Below the pieces are notes generated by a model. The model was not told the DNA's origin, made no database searches, and saw nothing but the letters and a program-made list of their open reading frames with translations. A program made the position numbers and the translations under genes. From Blastocystis sp. Blastoise (lineage: Eukaryota; Protista; Bigyra: Opalinata): a stretch of DNA of 64,000 bases. Positions 44,017-64,000 of this stretch are shown here, piece by piece. The stretch is from contig JBBPEB010000003.1 of assembly GCA_039096225.1 (NCBI GenBank), positions 1,116,001 through 1,180,000 of the forward strand, written 5' to 3'. Position 1 is the first letter of the stretch; every line of letters begins with the position of its first letter.

Positions 44017-44368
44017 TTTTCTTTTTATTATCAATCCTATCTAATATACAATAGTCAAACTATTTAATTACAACTTAGTGTAGAATAAACGAGGAAAATA
44101 AAAGAAAAAAATATATAACCAAGAAAACAAGGGAAAAGTAGATTCACGGATATTTACCATTTGATACGTCAAAAAACGATAAAACCATCATTATCGCCTT
44201 GGGCTAGCGTTCATTTATAAATCATTATTTAGACTTCTTTGTATGTTTTGTTTCTTCGTTTGACATAAAGATGGGATATTACTCAAATAAGGAATTAGGA
44301 TGATCCTATACCAATATTATAAACAATTTAATTATCAATTTGTTACGTACTTGATTCATTATTTATCG
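44017..44368. promoter_or_regulatory. Putative bidirectional promoter between KRR1 and ATG3, containing ATTCACGGATATTTA
   Basis: Head-to-head starts about 350 nt apart. The 15-mer at 44142-44156 is identical to 51477-51491. Confidence 0.55.
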
Positions 44369-46535
44369 ATGGAAGGATCAAATACTAAGCACCGCATTGC
44401 ATTATTCTTACAGAATGTGGCCACAAGCATGAAATTATCCAATTCTCGATCGGACATTCAAAATGTGACTCTATTACTTTATAATTGTGTTTAGTTTATT
44501 TATAAATATATCAACATAGGGTAAACTAACTCCAGATGAATTTATTCAATCTGGGGATTACTTAGTCCTTCATTATCCAGGATGGTCTTGGGTATCCGGA
44601 GATGACTTACTGTTGAATAGTCAACTACCTCAAGAGAAACAATATTTGATTTATAAAGGAGGTAAATCAATGAGTTTTTATTGATAAATATGACAAAAAT
44701 CTTTTTTTTTGTATTTAGTATCCTGTATAACTCGTGTTCAAGATTATCATAAAAGTACATTTACAGAGAAAAAACCTTCAGATGATGATTTTGAAGAATG
44801 GATTGTTACTAGGTATTTTTTGTCTCTTTATTTATTTATTGAAAAAAAATATTGCTTTTTAAATAGAAAATTGCATTATTATTAATTATTATTATTATTC
44901 TTGAATATATATAGTAGTAATACGATTGATACAATAGATAAAGACACACTTTCCAATTGTGAATTTGTGGAAACAGTTCAACTTCCTTCTACTAAATATA
45001 CATGTATATATATATGATATTATATTTTTATATGATATTATATTTATATATATATATATATAGGTTTATCATCTAGTTGTAGTGGTGAAGATAAAGATAT
45101 AAATAGTACATATAGGGTTATATATATTGAATATTTATTTTTTATAGAGTATTCAATATATAGTGTTATATATATTTATATATAGGGTTATGTATAAATT
45201 TATCTCATTCTTCCGAATGTCTTGATGATTTTTCAAGTTATGATCTTCTGTATGTATATATATTAGTTTATTGTAATTCTTAATATATATCTATTTATTC
45301 TTTAATTTGCTATTATTCATTTCATTTTATTTCTTATATATATATATATAGATCGAATGAAAGTAATACTAGTAATAATTCAATTCATAATCAAAATACT
45401 ATTCATGCTTCTTCTACTAATAATATATCAACTAACAATACTCTTATTTCTATGAATATTAGTAATTTATCTATTCATAATACTAATCATTCTCCTGAAA
45501 TACTATTCCAGTCTTTATTACCTGATATTCACACTGTTTCTTACTCTGTTGAATCCTCAAATGAACAAAATAATCATGGGAATACAAATAAAAATCAAAC
45601 AAATAATATTATTAATCAAAGAAATGATATTTGTTCTAATCAGTCAATCGATTCATGTATATTATTATAGTATCATAAAAATGAATCAATCTCTTTATAT
45701 TTAGGTAATAGTAATAATAATAAGTTAAACTATCCTCATTCTTCTTCTCCTTATGTATCTTCTCCTTCTTCTTCTTTTTCTTCTATAAATGAGATCTCCC
45801 AAGAGAAAGACCAAGTAGATTTTGATTTTAGTAATTATCGTACTTATGATATATCCATCACTTATAATCGATATTATCATACTCCACATACATTTATTAT
45901 AGGATATAATCATGTATATATATATTATTATTATTTTATTTTTTTATTCTTATTATAAATATTATTATATATAGATGGGTGAGGAATTGACTTTAGAAGA
46001 GATGTTGGAAGATGTCGAACAAGACTATACATTGAAAACGGTAACTATATATATTTATTATATTAATTGTATCTATTATATTTATTATATTTATTATCCA
46101 TTATAAATATTCTATATATTATATATTTATATATATTATACATTATATAGGTAACTTATGAGCACCATCCTCACTTAAGTAGTGGTTGTTTATATCTAAG
46201 TATTCACCCCTGTATGCATGCATCTACTATGGCTTCTCTATATAGACAAATAAATATGAAAGATCTTGATGTATATCATTAGTATTATATATTATATTAT
46301 ATATCTATGATTAATATTATTCTATTTAACAATATTATATATATTATTATTATATGTCATACTATTTATTTTTAATATTATTTTATAATTATAATGTTTT
46401 ATTATTATTACTTTATTTTTTATATTCATATTGATTTCAACTTCTCTATAGGAAAGAATTCAGCAGTATTTAGTAATATTCTTAAAATTCCTACAATCAG
46501 TTATACCTACAATGACTTATGATATTACTCTATAA
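44369..46535 (+). CDS. ATG3: Autophagy E2-like conjugating enzyme ATG3 (divergent)
   Basis: GKLTPDEFIQSGDYLVLHYPGWSW...LPQEKQYL, RTYDISITYNRYYHTP, EEMLEDVEQDYTLKT|VTYEHHPHL...SIHPCMHA, YLVIFLKFLQSVIPTMTYD. The catalytic HPC is intact. Confidence 0.93.
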
Positions 46536-46696
46536 GCAATATATATATTTATACTCAAAAATCTTTCTTGTTACAATAATGTTTATTTATTGTATTATAT
46601 AATAATTTAATAATTGATATCACACTTTGTTACTAGTTTATTTCAATTATAAAAAAAAATAAGAAATCAACAAATATATTTATAAAAACACAGAAT

Positions 46697-47447
46697 TCAA
46701 ATAGAAAAACAATTTTTTCTCATTAAATATATATGTCCATCTTCTAATGAATGAATCTCTTTATATGTTTTGAATCCAAATTGAGAATATAGCTGAAAAG
46801 CACTGACCGTAGCTGATAATTCAATTGACTATATAAATAAAATAGCTTTAAATGTTTAAGTGTTTAATATAATTCATATAACATACACATTGAGTATTCA
46901 TTTGTTTTTCATCTATACAATAGATGTAATAATATCACATAATAATAGAATATATAATTATATATATATATCATATAGTATATCATTAATAATAAATAGA
47001 ATTGACGATTAAAAATACCATGAAAATGTTGATTATGATATTCAAGTAATCGTTTCATAATTTCTTTACCAATTCCTTGTTTCTAGAAATATAAAATAAA
47101 ATTGAAATAATTTAAAACAATCAAATACCTGGTAGTTTTCATGGATAAAAACACGCTTTAATTTAGTTTTATCGATACATCCAATTCCGATGAGTCTATT
47201 CATTATGAAATAAGACCATTTTCTATGAGAAAAAGAATAAAATTTACTGATTACTATGGTTACGAACCAATAAGAAATAAACTCCTTCATCAAAGTCATT
47301 TGATAAGTATTCCTCTGTGTTCATAGACATCACATATTCCAAAGCTGATACTGGATAATCGATTATAGAACATGTATATAAAACATGTTTCACCAGATCT
47401 TGAATTTCATGAATATCTTCTTTTGTTCCAGAAACGTAAATCACCAT
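46697..47447 (-). CDS. GNAT-family N-acetyltransferase (about 170 aa, 3-4 introns)
   Basis: LIGIGCIDKTKLKRVFIHENYQ|KQGIGKEIMKRLL contains the acetyl-CoA QxxGxG motif, followed by SIELSATVSAFQLYSQFGF. TGA at 46697. Confidence 0.88.
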
Positions 47448-48005
47448 TCTAAATTGGTTTAATGAATTTAAAGCAGCTGAATGCTATAGGATTCTATGCT
47501 TACTATATTTGCTAACAACTTAATACTTTGTAATCGAAGCAAACAACTGTTTATTATATAAATCAATTGAAATAATACAATTCCAAATGAAGAACTGATT
47601 TTTACTGAATTTATTTCAGATAGAAAACAACATTTCCATATATTCAAAGATAGATCAAGAAATGATTGTTTTATAAGGTATAGAACATTATTGAAAATGA
47701 TCCTACAAATTATTTCCTAAAAAACAAAGAAATTAGAAAAAAATGAATCGATTGATTTTTACTATTTTTCTAATTATATCGATTTTAGTAATTATTATTC
47801 ATAGATCCCAAATGAACAAATCATTAAGAGATCCCAAAATCATTAATTTTCCTAATAAGAACATTTCTTTTAAACTTCGTAAAACTTGCCTAAAAAAGCA
47901 AAAAAGCAAAAATATATTATTTATTTATCTTTATAATTGACAGTAATATAATCATTGGATACATAAAAGACTCCAGAGTAGTTCAATATTTATTATAACT
48001 AAAAG

Positions 48006-50847
<2,842 letters not shown>

Positions 50848-51617
50848 ATATATATATATAAAAAAATATATAATAAAAAATTTAGAAAAACAAATAAATA
50901 TATTATAAAATCTAATAAATATATATTATTATTTGTAGTGAATAGTTTGTCTATAAATATAAGAGTAATTTAAGATTATTTTCCTTCATATATGTGTATT
51001 TTACCATTTCAATTTTTTTTATGCTTAAATATTATTGATTTTTGTATCTTCACCATTCAATTTGTTTTTTTTTATTTATCTTCAATCTATATCATTAGTA
51101 TGCATATTTATATATAACGGATATTAAAACAACTTTTTGAAATCATAAAAACACTTTTATAACCTCAATCTCATTAGTGCATTCATATTTTCCTTTATAA
51201 GCATCCTATATCCTTTTTAATCCATCATATAATACAATAGTAAGTCATTAATTTCTTGTCCATTTCAAATTGTCACTAAGAATATTTATTATTTTCTATA
51301 ATATTCTGTTGTCTAATCCAATGAAATCATATCTCATTCAAACAATAAAGAAAAACCAAATAAATCTAACGTTATTCTTCACAGAATCACAATTCTCAAA
51401 AAAAATATCAAGTCTACTAAAGAAATCGAAAATGAAAATCCAAATAGTCGTTTTTCGTTAAGTGTTTCGAGAAAATATTCACGGATATTTATAATTTATT
51501 CAGTCAAATTGCAGATTCATTCTGAAATGAATCTGATTTAAAAGAACAACTTTTTTATTCTATTTATTATTTTTTCTGTAGAATCATTTTTTTGTAAAGA
51601 ATAAAGCTAAAAATATC

Positions 51618-54205
<2,588 letters not shown>

Positions 54206-55023
54206 ATACTAGTAAATAACCGCGAATATACACTCTTTATCTACTTTTTTAATAATGTATATATATATATAGATTTATTTTTAGGGAAACAATATATATG
54301 TTATTATTCTTTATTATTTATTTTCTCTATTCATTCACAAATGATATTACTATTCGTAATTCACTTTAAACTATTATATATTATATGAACTGATTTCATT
54401 TTTTTTGTTTTCTTATTTTATATTTTAGTAACTATTTTTTTTCTCTGTTTGTTCTTTTTGTAATATTTTTTTTAATATGCTTCTAATGTATATATATTTT
54501 ATATATATAACATTTCTTTCATATATATTCTTTCTTTTCTCTCTATTTATTATTCATTTGATTTAGTATATCCTTTTAATAATTCCTTTTGTGTTTTTAA
54601 ATTATTGATTTGTTCTTAGTTTGACTTATATAAATCATAGTTTGTACTTTCATTTTGAATACATTCAAATCACTGTTATTTTTTAATTTATTTGTTTCAA
54701 ATGATAATAAAATTAGCATATATGACTTATACATCATACATATGATCTTGTATCTTTTATTCAACGATTTTTATTAACACATTGAAGAATTAACTTAATT
54801 TATAGTCTTAATATATATGTTAACTATCAACTTGTGTTGATTGTTATTTATCTGAACTGGATCTAATCTAGAATAACGCTTATTTACTGAGAAACAGACA
54901 AAACAAATTATAGAAAAAGATATCCATGATTATAAAAATAAAAGAAGTTCAAATTCAAATAAATTCATGGTTTCGTTTTATTATTATCTTTTAGATAAAT
55001 CATTAATTTCTCAAGATTTATAA

Positions 55024-55894
55024 ATGCCTAGACATTCAAAAAATGCAAATTCAAGAGGATTTGTGTCCTATTCTGAAAGACAAAAGAAATCTCTAGGAAC
55101 AGAAACAGTGACTTATGGTTCAGACTATGCTAAACCTTTTGATTTTTGCAGTATTTGTCTACATCGTGTAGTGAATCCTATGGCATGTGATGAAGGTCAT
55201 ATATTCTGTAAAGAATGTATTTACAAATATATATTGAGTAAGAAACAAGATTATGAAGTTGCCTTAAGATTATGGGAAGCAGATAACGTAAAAAGAGAAG
55301 TATGATTCTTATCTAGTTATTATAATAAATTTAATATACATTATATATAAATATAAATTTTTTAGCAAGAAGAAAAAGAAAGAGAATTAGAAAAACAACA
55401 AAATATTTTAAAAGACATCGATAGTGCTACTAGCGGCTTAGTGACCGATCCCCTTGTATATATTATATTTATTGTGTTTATGTTTATTATTATGTTTATT
55501 ATGTTTATTATGTTTATTATATTTATTATGTTTATTATATTTATTATATTTATTATTATTATGTTTATTATTATGTTTATTATTATGTTTATTATTATGT
55601 TTATTATGTTTATTATGTTTCTTATTATGTTTATTAATATTATGTTTATTATGTTTATGTTTATTATATTTATTATATTTATTATTATATTTATTATTAT
55701 GTTTATATTAATGTTTATTATTATAAAATGAATCTATATATTATTATATAAATTTATCTATATATATATATAGTTAAACCGCCAAAAAGTATTATCAAAA
55801 GAACAAAAAGAAATTCTAGAACAGAAAAGAGTTATTGAAAAACTCTCTTCTAAAGTAGATATAAGAACAGATGAAGAAAAAAGTATATACTAAT

Positions 55895-55935
<41 letters not shown>

Positions 55936-56043
55936 TATATATATGTATATATATGTATATATAGGTTTATATATATATATATATAGGTTTAAAGAATATA
56001 TATTGGGTGAATACACCAGAAATAGAAGTCAAACATCCTAAAG

Positions 56044-56111
<68 letters not shown>

Positions 56112-56225
56112 CCTGATAGTACTATTTTTTGTCCTAATGAGAATCATCCAATCAAATTGAAGCTTTTAACTCCTATTCATTTTGAAGAAGCAGAAGAAAA
56201 TGGAAAAAAAATGTATATATATATA

Positions 56226-56290
<65 letters not shown>

Positions 56291-56647
56291 TATAGCTTTC
56301 GTTGTCCTGCGTGCTTAAAACAATTCACACATCAAAAGATTATACTTATTAAAGAGTATATATATATATTACTATATTATTAAAGAATATATATATATTA
56401 CTCTATTATTAAAGAATATATATATATATTATACTTATTAGAAAATATATATATATATATATATAGATGTGGTCATTGTTTATGTATGGATTGTTTTAAA
56501 AAGTTTGTTTCTACCTCAAAACAATGTTTTGTATGTAGTAAGCCAGTAACCAAAAAGAAGGAATTTATGGAATTAATCACGGGGGAAACTGGTTTTTCAG
56601 CACATAATACCATACAAGCTGTTCAATATAAACCAGGAAATGGATAA
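55024..56647 (+). CDS. NOSIP: Nitric oxide synthase-interacting protein (RING/U-box-like spliceosome factor)
   Basis: MPRHSKNANSRGFVSYSER...KPFDFCSICLHRVVNPMACDEGHIFCKECIYKYIL, YWVNTPE, PDSTIFCP...IKLKLLTPIHF, CPAC...CGHCLCMDC...CFVC, GETGFSAH. Confidence 0.95.
55460..55722. repeat. Degenerate 9/12-bp minisatellite (TTTATTATG / TTTATTATA), intronic
   Basis: Direct reading. Confidence 0.85.
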
Positions 56648-56985
56648 AGAATAGTTATATATATATATATATATTATTATTATCATTCAATATATTGAGA
56701 ATATAGTATAATAATTTATATATATACTCATTCATATATCTTTTTTTTTATGTTAACATCGCTATTAATTGTTATTCTATTTTTTTATGATTGTTTTATT
56801 CTATTTATTTTAAATTCTAGAAACAACCCACTTTTATATATATATTTGCTATCATTTCCTGATATCATTTTTGAGTTAATACATGAATATCATAATAAAT
56901 TTATTGTTTTAAAATTGATATTTTAAAAATATTTTTAGTAACACAATATTTTTTTTAATTGATAAACTACAAAACTTCATTTTAA

Positions 56986-57486
56986 ATGGAAGAGACATTT
57001 ACTGAAGAGAATGAAGAGCAGTTAGCAGATCATGTTGAAGAAACAGCTACCGTCGATAACATCATTCGATCACTCGATGATATTGAGAATGACTTCAAGC
57101 AAGGAAATATGCAAGCTTTTGGTAGATCTAAAGAGAATATTATTAATCAAATCACTTCTCTGAGAGAACATGAAATTCGAATTGTCAACAAACGAATGAA
57201 TCTTATTGATATGTATTATTATTTTATTATTTAGAGATAGCTGATGTTTCTAGATCTATATATCAGTAGTATATACTCTTTCTTTATCTAGATTTCCAGA
57301 TGTTCCCATTGATGATGATTCTGCAGATCTCTCTGAAGCATTTCAACAGGCATTTAAACAAAAACGAACCGAATTTGATGATCTCTCTGAAGAAGTATAT
57401 AATTATGTTTATTTATATGTAAACTATGTTTTTCTTTAATTAAATAATAATATTTATAGGTATCCGCTTTAAGAGGTCAAATGTAT

Positions 57487-57553
<67 letters not shown>

Positions 57554-57734
57554 TTCTATTTATTTATTGTTTATTCTATTTATTTATTTATTTATTTGTA
57601 ATATATATTATAATATTTATATTTATTATATATATTTATATTTATTATATTTATTATATACATTTACGTTTATAATATATATTTATATTTCTAGTGTGAA
57701 TGTATCTCGTGCAGTTGAAAATTTACGTCAATAA
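56986..57734 (+). CDS. Small coiled-coil protein, CCDC28 (DUF4061)-like
   Basis: DIENDFKQGNMQAFG resembles the recalled CCDC28 motif LLNDFHSGKLQAFG. Four exons ending VSRAVENLRQ-TAA. Confidence 0.6.
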
Positions 57735-57942
57735 ATATATAATAAAATAATATTAAAAATGTAATCTATTATTGTTTCATGTTTTCGTATTTTTAGCTTT
57801 TTGTTCATTATTATTTATATATATTTATTCATTTAAATATTCTTTATAATTCATATTAATTGAATAATGATTAAATACATGTATATAAACAAAAAAGTAA
57901 ATTATATAAATTCTAGTATAAATAATTAAGAATAAAACTCAT

Positions 57943-58443
57943 TCATTTTTCATTATATAACTTATAAAAATCTACAGGAATAGGACTGGGCTGTTCTTTT
58001 AATGTTTTTTGAGCATTTTTACAATCCTATTAATAGATATAATTTATTATATATTTAATAAATATAAAAATAAATATATATACTTTAGAATTTAGTCTCC
58101 ATATTTTATGTTGACCTGATAATTTGAAAGGTAACATTAATCGCTATATATATATATATTATTTTTATTATGTTTATTATAAATACTATTTATTATTTAA
58201 ATGAACTATATATATACATGATAATTTTGACATAGGAATACATACGGACTTCCTCCTTCTTCATCCATTAACTATATATATATATATATATTATTATTAT
58301 TATTATATAAATACTAATATTTTATAAGAAATAATAATGAATTATTTTTATTATTCAAATATATATATATAACATACATTAGCTTTGGATCGAACAGTTT
58401 GATATTCGCGATTATCAACCATTTTAATAACATCAATACATCC

Positions 58444-58477
<34 letters not shown>

Positions 58478-59170
58478 AAATTAACTCTTAATAAATATTA
58501 TTCTAGAAAGTAAAAACAAATATATATATACCTAATAAAGCACTTGTAGGATATTTTTTAGGAAATGTTATTGTAATATTTGGATTTTCTTCTGCATATA
58601 AATCACGATAATAATCTTCAACTTGCTTAATTTCTTCTTCTGTTACTTCTTTGGAAGCTATTTTATATATATATAAATTCATAATATCCAGCTAAGTAAA
58701 GATTATCTAAATATATACCTGCATGAATCCATAAACGTCCTATATAAACAATTAGGATAATCTTATATAATACATTCATTGTTCTATCATAAATATCAAA
58801 CCTTTAAAATTTGAATACCACCCACGTCCTTCTACACGTTTTATTCCATAAACTAGCAAAGAAGCCCATGGTTGATGCATCGTCAAACACTTCATCTGAT
58901 CCTTTTTATCTTCTTCTAATTTAGATAATGGTTTGTATATTGTTGTATCGATAGTCACTGGCTCATTCTTTCTAAAATTGAAAAACAAAAAAAACATTCG
59001 ATATATAATAATAATAATTCTTACTCTTCATCTTCATCAGCATCAACAATAGATTTCATTTTCTGAATACAGTCTTTGCATATCTTCAAATCTTTTGATT
59101 TCCACTGACTTTTTGTAAATGAATTCTTATCTTTACATATCAGACACTTAGAACATAACTCAAATTCCAT
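57943..59170 (-). CDS. ASCH-domain (ASC-1-like) protein with an N-terminal Stc1-like C4 zinc finger
   Basis: CSKC...SFTKSQW...CKDC, then CLTMHQPWASLLVYGIKRVEGRGW...G|RLWIHA|A...YPTSALLG|CIDV...GQHKIWRL (ASCH GxKxxExR motif). TGA at 57943. Confidence 0.9.
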
Positions 59171-59435
59171 CTTCGTATAAGATTAAAGCCAAAATAAATG
59201 CTATCTGGGTTGAGAAAGACATAAATAATTAATAAAAATAAATCTGTTAAACTTGTTATTATCCAATAAGAAATGAATGTTAATACTTTTATCCAATGAA
59301 ACAACAATTAAAACAGAGAAATATTCAAGATTATTTATATATTTATAGAGACAAAAATAACTTTGTTCTTTCTAATCATTAGAGTTATTATCTTATTAAA
59401 TTCTTAAAAGTCTAATAATAAAGTCAATACTATAA

Positions 59436-61644
<2,209 letters not shown>

Positions 61645-62208
61645 TATTAAATAAAAATATATAATAATTCTTATTCTACACAAAATAACATATATTCATG
61701 TTTTAATATTTAAAACAATTCATTATTTTTCTTATTATTTTTCTTCTTTTTCTTTTATTTAAGAATTATATATTCATATCTTAGTATACTGATTGGTTTC
61801 GTTTTTCACATATAAATAATATTTATAATTTTATAATGAATTAGAACAAATCATAAATTATAACGAAACAAAAGTTTAATTGTAAATCACTATGAAATAT
61901 TTTTTAAAATAAAAAATATAATACTATAAAAAAAATAGTAAAACAATCATAATATATATTATGTAAATAAATATATATAGAAGAATTATACATACAAGTG
62001 TGTTAATTATTTATATAATAAATAATAAAAGTAATAGTACAGGAAATTATTTGAAAAAATATAAATACCCATAATATAAAAAATGGAATAGTATATATAT
62101 ATAGAGTACTAAAAAAATAAGAAATATATATAGAATCAGCGAATGTAAGAAAAGAATATTAATGTTTATAATAGACATACATATATAATATAGTTATGAT
62201 TCAATAAT

Positions 62209-63259
62209 TTAATCTTCTTCATAATCATCACTATCACTCTCTACTTTACTCTTATATAAAGTTGTCTTTATACCATAACTAGAAGCTTTTTTCTTTTCCT
62301 CTTCTTCTTTCTTTTTCTTTTCCTCTTCTTCTTTTCTCTTCTTTTCCTCTTCTTCTTTTCTCTTCTTTTCTTCTTCTTCTTTTTCTTTTCTCTTCTTTTC
62401 CTCCTCTTCTTCCTTCTTCTTCTTCTCTTCTTCTTCACTATCACTATCACTATCACTATCACTTAGATCTCTTTTGGCGGCATTAGCTTTGGCGGCAATA
62501 GGTTTCTTTTCTTCTTCTTCACTTTCACTACTATCACTACTATCACTACTTAAATCTCTAAGATTCTTAGTATTCCCGTGGGAATCCTTCATAACAGTAT
62601 TCGTAGGAACAGGAGAAGTAAGTGATTCTGCCTCACTCTCATCATCACTACTATCGCTATCCTGCTTCTTTATAGGAGCTTCTTCTTCTTCTTCAGAACT
62701 ATTTCCTTCTTCGTCTTCTCCTTGACTATATACAGGCTCATTTGCTTGTTGAGCTATATATATTAATGATTATATATATTATGATTATATATATTAATAG
62801 TTATTTATATTAATGATATATATATATATATATATATATACCTAATAATTCAGGAACAGACTCGAAAATAGAATCCCAATCATCGCGAGTTATCTTTTCA
62901 TCTTTTATCTATATATATATATATAGTATTATTAGTTATAAAGAATGATTAATAATAACTATTAATAATAAATATCATGAATATAATAAATATAATAAAT
63001 ATAATAACAAAATACGATTTGAACAAGTGTTTCGATATCAATATCGACAGGTAAATGATTTAAGAATTTCATCAGTTCTTCAGAAGATAATTCACATATT
63101 TCTGTTTGATATAAATCGATTAATCCTACAGCTATCTTATATACAGCATAATGACCTTCTAAGAAATATATATCCCATAATCTATTTGTAATCTCATAAG
63201 GTAATGCTTCAGATAATAACGAAAATACCCTATATATATATAGTATTATTATTATTATA

Positions 63260-63324
<65 letters not shown>

Positions 63325-63798
63325 CTATGTTTATTATTATATATATATATATATATACCATGATTCGAGGAAAGAATCATAAGCGAATCCAATCTCCTCC
63401 ATGTGCTCATATACAGAAGGCACGTGTTCTTGTAATAATATTCCAAATGAAATTAAACTGTAATTATACTATATATATATAATGATATAGTATATATATA
63501 AAGAGAAAGAACATAATATTATTATTATTATATATATAAAGAGAAAGAACATAATATTATATATATATATACTTTTTGACTCTTATTACCTTCTTCATCG
63601 GAAAGACAATATATAACATCATTCATAATAGAAGATAATGCTTGGAATGAAGAATATACATCCAAATACTGTAATAATATACCTACTATGCTTACCATAC
63701 CTATATATATACATATATATATATTATTATTATTAAACATATATATATAGTATATAAAGGAGAAAAAATATATTAAATATATTAATAATAATAATAAT

Positions 63799-63869
<71 letters not shown>

Positions 63870-64000
63870 TATACCATGTCTATATCCAATATCGGGTCTA
63901 TATAATATATATGCTCCTAATACTTCTTCTATATCACTCTCTATCTGTTCAGTATGGAAGATCTTCACATAAGGGAAGGTTACTGTATACATATATATAT
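62209..64000 (-). CDS. TBC (Rab-GAP) domain protein, TBC1D12/14-like, with a charged SD/KE-rich tail; 5' part lies beyond the window end
   Basis: TFPYVKIF...IEEVLGAYILYRPDIGYRHG|MVSIVGILL, PSVYEHMEEIG, VFSLLSEALPYEITNRLWDIYFLEGHYAVYKIAVGLI. Last exon is low-complexity and ends ESDSDDYEED-TAA. Confidence 0.9.

Overview
Very AT-rich (roughly 20% GC by eye), intron-dense eukaryotic nuclear DNA using the standard genetic code. Gene content suggests a Blastocystis-like stramenopile gut protist (inference: expanded BTB-like/TLDc and BTB-like/LRR families, a giant secreted Ig/galactose-binding protein, TGTTTGTT 3' motifs). Most short ORFs in the supplied track are intronic microsatellite artefacts. 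By hand-splicing GT-AG introns I recover about 20 protein-coding genes: TMEM94/ERMA-like (runs off the left edge), a DENN Rab-GEF, intronless V-ATPase subunit E, three BTB-like+TLDc genes (one with two frameshifts), three BTB-like+LRR-like genes, a giant secreted multidomain protein, a DEAD-box helicase, a Methyltransf_24-like protein, VTI1, KRR1, ATG3, a GNAT acetyltransferase, NOSIP, a CCDC28-like protein, a Zn-finger+ASCH protein and a TBC-domain protein (runs off the right edge). Two window-wide signals stand out. (1) Introns are built from self-complementary (AT)n/(ATT)n microsatellites, down to a literal GT(AT)18AG with no polypyrimidine tract or branch consensus, suggesting structure-guided intron definition. 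(2) A GC-rich motif (CACGGG/CCCGTG, extended ATTCCCGTGAAT) is strongly over-represented across unrelated exons, in different frames and on both strands, and related copies lie upstream of several genes. I found no rRNA, tRNA, CRISPR array or transposase. Gene coordinates span start codon to stop codon including introns and come from manual splicing.
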